Positions 39,726 to 53,619 of a DNA stretch of 64,000 bases are shown piece after piece. A program made the translations under genes and the position numbers. The first letter of the stretch is position 1; every line of letters begins with the position of its first letter. Origin of the DNA: Octopus vulgaris (taxonomy: Eukaryota); NCBI GenBank assembly GCA_951406725.2, contig OX597841.1:1488001-1552000 (forward strand), written 5' to 3'. The notes beneath the pieces are model-generated. The model was not told where the DNA came from. It searched no databases and saw nothing but the letters and a program-made list of their open reading frames with translations.

Positions 39726-40108
39726 CCCAACAACAACAATAACTCTGAGCACCTTTTTGAACTCCACCTGTCTACCACCTGTGGACCTGTTTACAAAGTC
39801 AGAAAACAGCACAGCTCCCATGACTCTAGGAAACATTTTTTCACGCTGAGAGTTACTGAAGCATGGAACAAACTGCCGGCATCAGTTGTTAGTTGTCGGA
39901 GCACTGCATCCTTCAAAACTTCCATGCTTCCTGAGATTCGCCAACACTACACTTGATTTTCTCCCCTCCATACACACACAAGCATGTATCTGACTCATAC
40001 ACTGTTCACTTTCCAGACATTTGTACATTACTGCATATGCTTTATACGCACTTTTGACAAGTTGTGGTGCACCAGAGCACTTTATACAATAATTTCATTA
40101 TTATTATT
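39726..40108 (+). mobile_element. CR1-clade LINE 3' end
   Basis: ORF2 C-terminus ...RKHFFTLRVTEAWNKLPASVV...SFK, short 3' UTR, (att)n tail. Confidence 0.82.
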
Positions 40109-40139
40109 TATTTTCTATTCCTCCCATTCTGCATTTCAG

Positions 40140-40276
40140 ACGAACAGGAAGGAGATGTCCCTCTACATATGGGTAAATCGAAGATCCCTCGGGCCACCAA
40201 CAAAACAGGCTATCAGATGTTAACATCATTGTGTTCAGACGTAACGAACAAACCACCTAAATCGAAACATATGCAG
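40140..40276 (+). CDS. Coding exon, continuation (D-EQEGDVPLHMGKSKIPRATNKTGYQMLTSLCSDVTNKPPKSKHMQ)
   Basis: Acceptor cccattctgcatttcag|AC and donor CAG|gtaacg; the open frame needs a phase-1 entry, which matches the 39252 donor; exits in phase 0. Confidence 0.78.
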
Positions 40277-40897
40277 GTAACGTCCCAACTTCTCCAGCTT
40301 TGCAATAACTTGTCGAATCACTATCATTTGATTGTGCATATACATACATACTTGCGGACATAGAGTAATTTCATTTGGGTGTTAACCCTGGAGTTGACCC
40401 TTCTAAGCTATATATATGTATATTGTACCTTTACATTCATGAGTTTATATACATATAACCCTACTAAGTTTACCATTCTAAACTATATATGTATGATATG
40501 TTAAACATTATATGTGATCTGTCTCTCTCTCTCTCTCTCTCTCCATATATATATATACATACATACATACACATATATATATATATATATTATAGTGGGG
40601 CAGGCCGGTTTATGGGGTTACCCTGGGTTTCTCACTCATAAGGGGTTTAGCTTTATGGCATATCTTCAGACCCCAAATACAGCTTGGCCTGAGACCTCTT
40701 TAAAATATTTTTAAATATTTAGATCTCTTTAAAATATTTAAACCCAGGGTAACCTGAGACCTCTTTAAAATATTTAGATCTCTTTAAAATATTTATATCC
40801 AGGGTAACACCATAGACCGGCCTGCCCCACTGGAATATTAACTGCTCTGCATCTCAGAGTGTGCTTTTTTCTGGAATTATGTATTTCTACAAACAAT

Positions 40898-41282
40898 CCG
40901 GGCGAAATGCTTGGCAGTATTTCGCCTGTCGTTACATTGTGAGTTCAAATTCCGCCGAGGTCGACTTTGCCTTTCATCCTATCGGGGTCGATAAATTAAG
41001 TACCAGTTACGCACTGGGGTCGATGTATCGACTTAATCCGTTTGTCTGTCCTTGTTTGTCCCCTCTGTGTTTAACCCCTTGTGGGTAGTAAAGAAATGGG
41101 TATTTTGTCTGTCGTTACGTTCTGAGTTCAAATTCCGCCGAGGTCGACTTAGCCTTTCATCCTTTCAGGGTCGATAAATTAAGTACCAGTTACGCACTGG
41201 GGTCGATGTAATCGACTTAATACCTATGTCTGTCCTTGTTTGTCCCCTCTGTGTTTAGCCCCTTGTGGGTAGTAAAGAAATA
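40898..41282 (+). mobile_element. Tail-B SINE dimer (head partly truncated)
   Basis: Two bodies joined at aagaaatggg|tatttt. Confidence 0.85.
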
Positions 41283-41631
41283 TATATATATGTATGTATG
41301 TATGTGTGTATGTATGTATGTATATAGCTGTGTGTTTGCATATATACATGTATATATGTGTGTATGTATGTTTATAGGTCTATACGTGAATGTTGTCTTT
41401 TATTTATTTTTTCCTGGTTTCAGTCATTGGTTTGTGGCCATGCTGGAGCTCCGTCTTAAAGGGGTTTCAGTTTATTATATTGACCCCTACCCTCCCACCT
41501 TAGCTTATTCAAGTCTAGACCTTATTTTATCAATCGCCATTTATCAAACACCTGAGTTACAGTTTATGTCCTGAAGATACTCGATCTCTTCCACTTTACA
41601 CTGGGAATCATTGGAACAGACACAAGCAAAG

Positions 41632-41666
<35 letters not shown>

Positions 41667-41858
41667 AACATACATATATACTTACATGCACATACATGCA
41701 CATACATACATATGTATATATATATATATGTAAAAAAGAAAGTGTGTAGGGCACAGAAAGTGTGTCTATGGCCAGCTAGAGGAGGTGTCCTCCTAGGGAT
41801 ACAAACTACAGTAGCACCCACCCTTAGGGGTTATCCATATTTATATGGCAAATATACG

Positions 41859-41894
<36 letters not shown>

Positions 41895-41897
<3 letters not shown>

Positions 41898-42293
41898 AAA
41901 TCAAATTCGATGGCTGGCATCCATGCTAGTGAAGCGCTAAGAGCACCATCCGAGCACCATCAGAGCAACTAACTGGCTTCCGTGCCGGTGGCACGTAAAA
42001 AGCACCATTCGAGCGTGATCGTTACCAGCGTCGCCCTACTGGAACTTGTGCCGGTTGCGCATGAAAAAACATTCAAGCAAGGTCGTTGCCAGTACCACCT
42101 GACTGGCCCCCATGTTGGTGGCACATAAAAGCACCCACTACACTCACGGAATGGTTGGCGTTAGGAAGAGCATCCAGCTGTAGAAACTCTGCCAGATCAG
42201 ATTGGAGCCTGGTGCAGCCATCTGGTTCGCCGGTCCTCAGTCAAATCGTCCAACCCATGCCAGCATGGAAAGTGGACGTTAAACGATGATGAA
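41895..42293 (+). mobile_element. RTE-tailed SINE-like element ending ...catgccagcatggaaagtggacgttaaacgatgatga
   Basis: Related 3' segments at about 31517-31700, 35240-35480, 47740-47910, 50112-50330, 57670-57800 and 61700-61990 (mostly minus strand). Confidence 0.7.
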
Positions 42294-42294
42294 T

Positions 42295-42985
42295 ACTTCC
42301 TTGATTATTCTGGCCGTGCCAAAGAAGCAAACCTTTTGTTCTACTGGGGACTCTATTCCAATTTTCTTTATATTCCTCTTGATGCCTTCTGATATAGTTC
42401 CCAAGAACCTAATAATAATTGGCACTATCTTCACCTTCTCATTTTCCATAACCGGACTATTTCGTACTTAAGAGGGTTGTATCTATCTGTCTTTTCGCCT
42501 TCCTTCTTGACTATTCGTGGGTCGAAGGGGCACACAACATCAACCATACAGCACATGTGGTGCACCTTGTCCCCTACCCATTTCTTTACTAGCCACAAGG
42601 GGCTAAACACAGAGAGGACAAACAAGGACAGACGAACGGATTAAGTCGATTATATCGACCCCAGTGCGTAACTGGTACTTATTTTTAGCGACCTCGAAAG
42701 GATGAAAGGCAAAGTCGACCCCGACGGAATTTGAACTCAGAACGTAACGGCAGACGAAATACAGCTACACATTTCGCCCGGCATGCTAATGATTCTGCCA
42801 GCTTGCCACCTTGTCCCCTACCACTAGGTCCGGTCTGTTATGCTCAAGCACCTGATCTATTTGGATTGGGAAATCCCAGAGGATTTTGCTGCTAGTTTCC
42901 GACTCCACCCCTCTTTGCGGTTTGTGCTCGTACCACATCTTGCCTCTCTCTAGCCCCCCGACTTTTCACACAATTTCAGACTTAA
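42295..42985 (-). mobile_element. R4/Dong-clade non-LTR retrotransposon fragment (restriction-like endonuclease domain)
   Basis: After removing the SINE: WYEHKP..VESETSSKILWDFPIQIDQVLEHNRPDLVVGDK...CMVDVVCPFDPRIVKKEGEKTDRY..LKYEIVRLW, then frameshifted. Confidence 0.8.
42579..42806 (-). mobile_element. Tail-B SINE monomer with 16-bp TSD, inserted into an R4/Dong fragment
   Basis: caccttgtcccctacc at 42563-42578 and 42807-42822. Confidence 0.88.
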
Positions 42986-44899
42986 CCATCATCATGCCTG
43001 ACCCTATAGCTGAAACTGGAGACTGAGAGGGATGAAACCCCTTGTGGCACGTTCCATCTCTCTAGGCTCTGACTTCATATACAACCAGGATTTTAACTTT
43101 CATCTGTCATAGGAAGGGGTTCAGTTAAACTAAGTACCAGTTATATACTGGGGGTGAGGACAGGGCTGATATAATCAGCTACATCTTGTCTCCTCCCGTT
43201 ACAAATCTGAAGCATTCTGCTTAGCAAAGGCATCATCTTCATCGGCATCATCATTATCATCATCATCATCATCACCATCGTCATCATAATACTTGTTGTT
43301 GTTGTTTTTGTTTTGTTGTTGTTGTTGTTGTTCTTGTAGTTTTAGTTAAATTCAAATTAAATTGTAGCAAATTTAAAGAAGTGTAAATAATTTTAGCTAA
43401 ATTAAAATTACGTACAATAAATAGATATATACATATTTGCATGCATGCATGCATACATACATACATACATACATACATACATACATACATACATACATAC
43501 ATACATACATACATACACACACATATATATATATACATACATACACACACATATATATATATAACATACATACATACATACACATATATATACATACACA
43601 TATATATACATACATACATACATACATACACACATATATACATACATACATATATAACATACATACACACGTATATATATATATATACATACATACATAC
43701 ACACATGTATATACATACATACATACATATATATATATACATACATATATACATACATACATACATACACACACATATATATATACATACATACACATAT
43801 ATATATACATACATACACACATACATAATATACATACATACTTACTGACTTATATGCATGTACACACATACACACATGATGACTTCTCCTGTCAAGAATA
43901 ATACATGCCCAGTTGTATAACGAGTTGAACTAATTACTTAATTATCATATAGGTGGTTGAGTATTCCACAGAATCAATGTAACACTATGTTACATTGATT
44001 CAAGGCTGCACTTTTGAATTATGGCTATAGTCTATCTACTAGGATTCAGTACAGTTTCCATCTATCAAATATTACTCTGAAGGCTTGGGGCTCAGCCCAG
44101 ACACTGGTAAAAGACCCTTGCAATGATGCATGAAATAGGGATCAAATCTGGGATTTTGTGATTGCAAGGCAAACTTCCAAAATGCATGGTTTCAGCTTCA
44201 GTCTTATCATGCAACACCTTGGCCACAATTCTTCTCCTATAGCCCTAGGCTGACCTTGTGGGAAGATTTGCTTGATAGAAACTGCTGCAGCAGTACCATG
44301 CTTCTTCCCATACATAATTGAAGCAAGCCGACCCATGTCCCGGTTCCAGTCTTTTATAGATGATGCTTCTTAAAATGGAGGAAGCTGCTGGCTGTTTAAA
44401 TAAAGAATCATCTCCTATTCTGCTTATACTGACTTTTGCATATCCACGTTGGTGAAGAAACTATAAAAGTGATGCCATTTCATTATCATAGATGTCCACA
44501 ATACAACAAACATCTTTGGTAAAAAAATCAGTTATTAGTTCTTGTAAGAAGTTCCTGAGAGTGAAACTGACTACAGGGCCTGATGTGTGCAGGGAGCTAC
44601 TTTCACTTTCCATACTGAATACCTAGATTTCACTCCCTGTTGGCCCAACATTGGTCAAGTCTGCAGAAACTGAACCACATTCAGGTTTTACATCAAAGTC
44701 TCTTTCTCCTGTGGGCTGCAGGTTTCCTGTAACTGCTCTGAACAATGTATGCAATTGTCCAAAAAGCACAACCAGTCTACATTATTGTAGGCAAATGAAG
44801 TTGCTAGTCTGTCATATATACACATATATACATACATATATACACAAATATATATCCATGTAAACACTACATACTTATCCAATATATGACAAATATATA

Positions 44900-44958
<59 letters not shown>

Positions 44959-44961
44959 TAT

Positions 44962-45310
44962 ATATTGTTATATTTCGGAATGGTCATTTTGCCAGTTTAG
45001 CCAATAAAAACACACGCACTATATATTTGGTGTTGTTTTGCTTCAGTGTTATTTATTTATTTTTTACATTAATCTTAATCTTATTTCGGCCAGAGTTCTT
45101 TTGTCACACTCCTGTGACCACATCAGTGGTCCTTTGTTTTCTTCTTTCTCATTTGTGTGTCTCTCCTTACTAACACTGAAGCAAGACAACACCAAATATA
45201 TAGTGCGTGTGTTTTTATTGGCTAAACTGGCAAAAAAATGACCATTCCGAAATATAACAATATCTGTTTCAACACACAACTTCACATAAAAAATCTTGCA
45301 CAACAAATAT
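44962..45310. mobile_element. Penelope-like fold-back, same family as 28356-28637
   Basis: About 85-bp inverted arms, hammerhead-like motif on the minus strand at about 45079-45128, tail on the right. Confidence 0.65.
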
Positions 45311-45331
45311 ATAAACATACTATTTATAAAT

Positions 45332-45683
45332 AAACAATTGCAGCGTGGAAGGTGTTTGTAAGCCATTTAAGAAACACACAAAAGCCGTTCGATTTACTTC
45401 AACAATTAAGTTTAATTTGTCAAAATATTTTCGTCTCTAAAATCCGCGACCTGTTCACTGACAAAAATCCGTGAGATGCAGCACATATTTTTGTCAGTGA
45501 GAAGGTCACGGTCTTAAAGCGACGAAAATATTTTGACAAATTAAACTTAATTGTTGAAGTAAATCGAACGGCTTTTGTGTGTTTCTTAAATGGCTTACAA
45601 ACACCTTCCACGCTGCAATTGTTTTCGTTTCAGCACACGATCTCAGATCAAATCACTTGCTATGCGAGTACATCTCCGTAATA
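45332..45683. mobile_element. Penelope-like fold-back + tail (G3:C8 hammerhead family)
   Basis: About 135-bp inverted arms, tail ...agcacacgatctcagatca...catctccgtaat; same family at 57161-57500 and 29853-30050. Confidence 0.7.
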
Positions 45684-46248
45684 TTTATAAATAGTATTAT
45701 CAATAATACTTTAATTATTATTATCAATAATATCATTAATTTTAAAGCTTTTTGTATTATAATGAAAGACAGCACCCGAGTTATATGAGATGTTATATAA
45801 TATCTAATACATAATCTACATTTAAACCTTGTTATTGCACTAACCGACGGGATTTGACTCAAGGGTGTGAGTGTTTTTATCGGTAAGTTTTTCGATATAT
45901 ATATGTATATCTATATATATTTTAATATCATATGTGATAGCAACTAGCTTACCTGTAGAAACCTTAGACAATTTTACTTACATACATGTGCATTTATACA
46001 TACATAATTACATATTCGTGAATAAGATACATACATACGTACACATATGTATATACGTGCACGTGTATATATATATATACATATACATACATGCAAATAT
46101 ACATACATATATATATATATATATAGTCCCACACATATGCATTAACACATGTATATGTATATATGTATATATGTGTGTATATATATAAATGTATGTGATT
46201 ATGTACATATATATATACACACATATATATATGTATATACACACACAC

Positions 46249-46329
<81 letters not shown>

Positions 46330-46379
46330 CATACATACATACACACACTCACATATATGTATATATATAGATAGATAGA

Positions 46380-46411
<32 letters not shown>

Positions 46412-46691
46412 CACATACACATATATCTATTATCTATCTATATATATATGTATATATATATATATATATATTATACACACACACACACATATATATATAC
46501 ATACACCCACACACATATGTATGTATACACAGACATATGTACGAATGTATCGTGTAAGAAGGGAAGTAACTCTTCTGTATGTACGTACTGCTGAAAACAT
46601 GAATCCTAACTTATTCTCCAATTGCTTCCCTTTGAAGGTTTCTTTTGATTCCTCTTTTTTATCTGGAGTCGACACTACTGTATGTATCTAC

Positions 46692-46725
<34 letters not shown>

Positions 46726-47317
46726 ATTTTTTTTAGCGAATTCTTTTATTTCCTGTACTGTTCAAACTATATAAAAACCTCGACCAATGTTTGGTTAGTA
46801 AGAAAGGGTGGCACTTGTCACACGTTGTGACATCCAAACAGAAAAAACACGGGAATGAGGTGGGTTTTGGTTTTAGCTAACAGTGTCGTGTTCATGGTTA
46901 GAGACGTCGCCCCTTATTATTTTAGTTTTTTATTTGTTTCATTCATTGGCCAGATACCATTCTGGAGCATTTCCTTAAAGTCTTTGTTATGTGTAGTTCC
47001 ATTCTTGCTGGGTGATAGACAACTCAAATGAAGGCATTGTTATTGGTTTATGTGTTTATTTGCTTTACATGTTACACGAACTGTCTGACATTCAGCGTAG
47101 TGATACTTATATACTTTAGACACAGTTCGTACTGTTTACTAATAAAATAGTGCCAAAAGTGCAGATGTATTCAACACACATATACCTACATATACACATA
47201 GATATGAATGTGTAACAGTCTTTTAGCTGAAGAAATCGAACCCCAGTATTTAGGTTTAAGCCTGGTGCTTTTCTAGTGAGGGGCTTTCCCTGTTTCCTTT
47301 TTCACTCATGTTTTTCT

Positions 47318-47733
47318 TATTTCTTTACTATCCACAAGGGGCTAAACATAGAGGGGACAAACAAGGACAGACGAAGGGATTAAGTCAATTACATCGACCC
47401 CAGTGCATAACTGGTATTTTATTTATCGACCCCGAAAGGATGAAAGGCAAGGTCGACTTCAGTGGAATTTGAACTCAGAACATAAAAACAGACGAAATAC
47501 CTATTTCTTTACTACCCACAAGGGGCTAAACATAGAGGGGACAAACAAGGACAGACAAACGGATTAAGTCGATTACATCAACTCCAGTGCATAACTGGTA
47601 CTTTATTTATCGACTCCAAAAGGATGAAAGGCAAAGTCGACCTTGGCGGAATTTGAACTCAGAACGTAATGGCAGACCAAAGCACCGCTAAGCATTTCGC
47701 CTGGCGCACTTATGTTTCTGCCAGCTCACCGCC
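47318..47733 (-). mobile_element. Tail-B SINE dimer
   Basis: Head + 2 bodies, same junction at about 47491-47507. Confidence 0.85.
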
Positions 47734-47919
47734 TTTTTCTCTCGTCTTTTTTTGTCTTGCAAGTTACATGGCAACCTCACTAGTGCTAGCGCCAGAGCCA
47801 AGAACAGAGCACCCAGTGTACACTGTGAAGTGGTTGCTGTTAGGAAGGGCATCCAATTGCAGAAGCAGACTTTAGAGCACAATGCAATCCTTGAACCCAT
47901 CAGATCCTGTCAAACAGGA

Positions 47920-48296
47920 AACAATAACTCTGAGCACCTTTTCAAACTCCACCTGTCTAACACCCGTGGACATGTTTACAAAGTCAGAAAACAGCACAGC
48001 TCCCTACATGACTTTCAGAAACATTTTTTCACGCTGAGAGTTGCTGAAGCATGGAACAAACTGCCAGCATCAGTTGTTAGTTGTCGGAGCACTGCATCCT
48101 TCAAAACTTCCATGCTTCCTGAGATTCGCCAACACTACACCTGATCTTCTCCCCTCCATACACACGCAAGCATGTATCTGACTCATACATTGTTCGCTTC
48201 CCAGGCATTTATACATTACTGCATAAGCTTTATACGCACTTTCTGACAAGTTGTGGTGCACCTGAGCCCTGTATACAATAATTTCATTATTATTAT
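47920..48296 (+). mobile_element. CR1-clade LINE 3' end (second copy)
   Basis: TRGHVYK...FFTLRVAEAWNKLP; near-identical to 39726-40108. Confidence 0.84.
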
Positions 48297-48738
48297 GTAT
48301 AGTCCAGCCCTTGCCAGCTCAGGGGGACACTGACCATTAAATGATGAGATGAACAACTCATATATCTGCTTCTCTCTCTCTCTCTCTCTCGCGCTAACCC
48401 TCATTTTACCCTTTTGATCTCTCTCTCTCTCTCTTTCTCACCCTCCCCTCACACACACAACAGACACACATAAGAAATATTAGAAATTAGTCTCAGCCAT
48501 TCAATGGAGAAGTTGTATATAGTTTGAAGAGTACAGCAAACGAAGATGGAGTCTGTGAAATATGTAAACCATAGTTAAAGAATATTCTAACAAAATTATT
48601 TAATAGTCATGTTTTTAACAGTATGTATATATGTGTGTGTGTACTTGTATACATACATATATATATATATATATTCATATTTATACACATAGGTATGTAT
48701 GTGTATGTATGCAGATATAAGTATATATTTATGAGTAC

Positions 48739-48894
<156 letters not shown>

Positions 48895-49384
48895 TATACA
48901 TACTTACAAATGTATATGTGTGTGTATGTGTGTGTATATATGTATATGTATGTATATGTATCACAGTAATGCTCAGTTCCTTGTGTGAGTATCTCTTAGG
49001 TTTGAGTCTAATCCCTGTTGGTCCACAATTATTATTAAATATTTTTTTTTTTGCTATTATTTAAATTAATTAAATTTTTTTTTTAATAAATTCTATTCTA
49101 TACATCTGTGTGTGTGTGTGTGTGTACAAATATATATATTTATGTTTGAGTACACACGCACACACATGCACACACACACACACACACACATAGTCGTTTT
49201 CAATGTCAAATGCATACTGCAGTTTTTTTTCTACCTCCTCTTTTAGTGACTATATGTCCATATTTGGGTATATATGTAGTTGTTGTACCATTTTAAAATA
49301 TATTTCAGTTTCAACGTTTGTATTTTGTTTTTCTTTTTTTCATTGTATTCCTCTCTCACTTTCTCTTCAAATATGCATACAATC

Positions 49385-49437
<53 letters not shown>

Positions 49438-49549
49438 CATATATATGTATACATATATATATACACAGAGAATAAAAGAGATATATCTACATATATATAT
49501 ATATACATATGTATATATATATATATATGTGTATATATGCATGTGTGTG

Positions 49550-49600
<51 letters not shown>

Positions 49601-49627
49601 TATATATATATATATATATATACATGC

Positions 49628-49736
<109 letters not shown>

Positions 49737-49767
49737 TGTGTATATATATATATATATAGCATATATA

Positions 49768-49950
49768 CATCATTGTCATCATCATTTTCTGTCCATATTT
49801 CTATGCTTGCATGAATCAGGTCGGTCTTCTCCAGCACGATATCTCTCATCATTTGTTACAGTCCTCTGTCATCATCTCCCTCGGTAAGGTTCAGCCTCCC
49901 AAGATTGGTCTTCGCTACTTCTTTCCATATCATCGTTTGTTTTCTCATCA
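49768..49950 (-). mobile_element. Degenerate RTE-like LINE 3' end
   Basis: [16 protein letters not shown]...VLEKT followed by a catgcaagcat...gatgatga tail. Confidence 0.55.
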
Positions 49951-51074
49951 GCAGAGACCTACCGGTCACTACCACTCTGGAACGAGCCGACCGAGCCGAG
50001 CATGGCTTCGTTGATGCCGACAATGTGTCACGGCTGACTGGGCATTGGACGTGATTTGGCGCGACAGCACATTTTGGCATTAGGGGTGAACAATCTCCCT
50101 CTTTACAAACTCATCATTGTTTAATGTCCGTTTTCCATGCTAGCATGTGTTGGACGGTTCAACTGGGGTCTGGGAAGCCAGAAGGCTGCACCAGGCCCAG
50201 TCTGATCTGGCAATGTTTCTACGGCTGGATGCCCTTCATAACGCCAACCACTCCGTGAGTGTGGTGGGTGCTTTTTACGTGCCACCTGCTCAGGTGCCAG
50301 ACAAGGCTGGCAAACAGCCACGATCAGATGAAGGAAATATGCTAACGTAGATATTTTGGGAAAGAGAGAGAGAGAGAGAGAGAGAATGAGAGTAAGATTA
50401 AAAAGTCTGATGCCAGGTCAGCATCAAATTAGCAATGCTAAATAATTGTTGCCAAAGATGGTCATAGCCCTTATACTCAGATCACTCGGCATTTCTTCTT
50501 GGCCCACTATTCATATTACCCCATACAATGACCAGTTCATGACTCTCATCCCCTCATCTAATTCATCTAATTCATTTTCTGTTCACATTATCTTTCTGTT
50601 TTTATATATATATATCATCATCATCATCGTTTAGCATGGAAAATATATATATATATAAATAACTATCAAAAAGTATTAAAAGTTTAATATAAGATAAAGA
50701 GTAAAACCATTACGATCGTTTCATGCCCATAAACAAATTCGAATAACAATAATTTAAATTCAATTAATAATTCGAATTATGGTTATAGTCAATCTTCAGG
50801 TTAATGATAATATTTAAATAAATAATCAGAAATATTTAAACAATATTTTTTAAGAAATAAATAAAATAATAATTTTAATAAAAAACTCTATTATTATCAA
50901 ACTAGAAACTTTAACGATTATGATTATGTCATACAATCAATTATAATGTTAAATATTAATTTTTAAGGTAAGAAACCCACAAATAATCTAATCTCAGTTA
51001 TAGTCAATATCTAATTACATAAATATTAAAAAAAAAAAAAAATTTCATATTATTAAATATAATTTCAAGTCAAA

Positions 51075-51105
<31 letters not shown>

Positions 51106-52571
51106 GATAATAATGATAATAATACAGAGTAAAATTAATTAATTAATTAATAATTAATAATTTTACCAAGTAGTTCGGTATGTTAAAAGAACTATTATCG
51201 GTAAACTTAAACAAAAATTTTTATAATTACAAGTATAATTATAATTAGAGTTCAGCAAAAATTTGCTTCACCACATACCAAAATTTAGAAATAGCAGTTA
51301 AAACTAACTATTTCTTGTTTGAGAGATTTTCTCATGGTAGAGAAATAGTTAGTTTTAAATGCTATTTCTAAATTTCAGTATGTGGTGAAGCAAATTTTTG
51401 ATGAACCCTAATTATAATTATACTCATAATTATTAAAAATTTATATGTATGTATGTATGTATGTATGTATTCGCTGAGGTGTGTCCATTTCATTCCTGTT
51501 CATCCGTCACATTTCAAGCAAATCTTCCTCTGCCATGCTACATTGCACTTTGCACATGAGCATCATACAATCCAGCCTTGTTTTGGAAAGAAAATTTCCT
51601 TATTGCCAGTAGAGATGATAGCTACTCCAGCTTTTTTCCACTCTTTTCTTCCTATGTCTTATTTGCTTTCACAGGACCCATATTTACTATTAATTCGGTC
51701 ATTTGTGTAACAAGCTATTGACTAATTTTCTGAAGCATTCCACCACTTTAAAAGAACTTCAATTATGGCTAACCTTACTGCTTCTCACTCCAATACATCT
51801 GTCACAGACCTCCTTCCTTCTCAGCGGGCACGTGCCGTCAGTAATTACTCAGGGTAGGCAGTTGGTGACGTTTATGTAGTAAAACACACAAAAAATAAGC
51901 GAAACAGCTGTATGACTGAGTTGAAGGCAGATTTACTTCTGTCATTATAGCATATATAAAAAACGTTGTTGTAGGAATGTACACATCATGTGTACTACAG
52001 AAGTACAGTGGATCGCTTAAATACTGAGACTGAAAGGCAAGGGCGAATTATGCCCACCCCATCTACAAAAAAGTAAAGTATTTTGCATTTTATGCATAGT
52101 AATCAGAGTAACCCTCATGATTTTATTGAATTAGATACATATTTTGCCATAAAAGGAAAATATTGCTATCGATCTATTTTATTCAGGGTAGGCACTGCCT
52201 ACCTCACCTACCCAGGTGGCATGTCCTTGCTTCTCGGTCTGTCCCTCATTCTATTACATCTTTTGTGCACCTAGCTGTTATTTCTTTCCTTTTCTGCATA
52301 TCAAGCACAACTGCAGCAACTAAGGCTTTAACCTGTGTTGTTGCTAAGTTTACTTTGAGGGCACTTTCTATCTAGAAGGGGTTTTCAGCCCTTTATTCAC
52401 AAGCTGTTATTTCTAGCTTCATCTGCTTCGAAATCTACGCTTCCAAAAAAAAAAAAAGAAAAAGAATTATTTTAGATTTTATCAAAATTTTATAAATTTT
52501 CATAAATGACATCTGCTACATCAACAACAACAACAACACACATACAGACACACACACACACACACACACTC

Positions 52572-52800
52572 TGGTGACAGAAACGTTAGCACGCTGTACG
52601 AAATGCCTAGCGGTATTTCATCTGTCTTTACATTCTGAGTTCAAGTTCTGCCGAGGTTGACTTTGCCTTTCATCCTTTCGGGGTCGATTATATAAGTACC
52701 AGTTACGCACTAAAGTCAATGTAATCGACTTAGTACCTATGTCTGTCCTTGTTTGTCCCCTCTGTGTTTAGCCCCTTGTGGGTAGTAAAGGAATAGGTAT
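52572..52800 (+). mobile_element. Tail-B SINE monomer
   Basis: Head + one body ending gaataggtat. Confidence 0.82.
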
Positions 52801-53137
52801 GAGACAATGTTTGTTGGTGCTAGGCCCAACTCATCATAAAGCAAACACCATCATGGGCACTATCCCTGCTACAGTGGAAAGGGCAAACCACAAGATTTGG
52901 TTAAAAAGAGATTGTGAGCAAATGGCCAGAAGAATATTGAGTGAAGTCTAGAAACCAGTTCCTCTAAGCAAGCGGGGCCTCATCTCAGTGAGAGAGCCAA
53001 GTGCACAATAATGCTGTTGAGAAGAAGGTCCCATAATGGTGCGCATTCTCTTCTAGTGATCCCATAAGCCTGCTTCTAGGGTGTGGTATGCACAGCTTCT
53101 AAATGGTAGCATTTGAAATATGCAAATTGTTTGCAAA

Positions 53138-53443
53138 TCTTTATATATAAAATTCAAGTTGTGTGTGTGATACTCTGTCTCCTCCGATTTAGATTCCTAA
53201 CTACTCCCACATTTTGCAGTGCAGTTTAACCAAAAGCGGGTATCTTATAGTCGTCATTCATATCGAGCCCTTCTGGGTATCAGCGCGCTTCTACAATGAG
53301 TCTACGATTTTAAAAAAATTTACCATCATTTTACCGCATTTTTAATGATTTTTGCTCAGGTTGTATAAGGGAAGTAACTCTCTAAAAATGCTTATATAGT
53401 TATTTCCTTTACAAACCCGAGCAACGCCGGGCGATACTGCTAG
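53138..53443 (+). mobile_element. Non-autonomous Helitron, short form
   Basis: A|TC...hairpin...CTAG|T. Confidence 0.83.
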
Positions 53444-53619
53444 TAATATATATTGTTCTATGTCAGTCTTGAGCTGTTCTGAATTTCGCTTGTAGATATA
53501 CAGCAGGTTATAACACAACCAAATCAAAAATATTATTCATTTCTACTATGGTATCAAGCTTTGTGAGTGGATTTTGTAGATGGAAACTGAAAGAAGCCTG
53601 TCATGTTTCTATATATATA

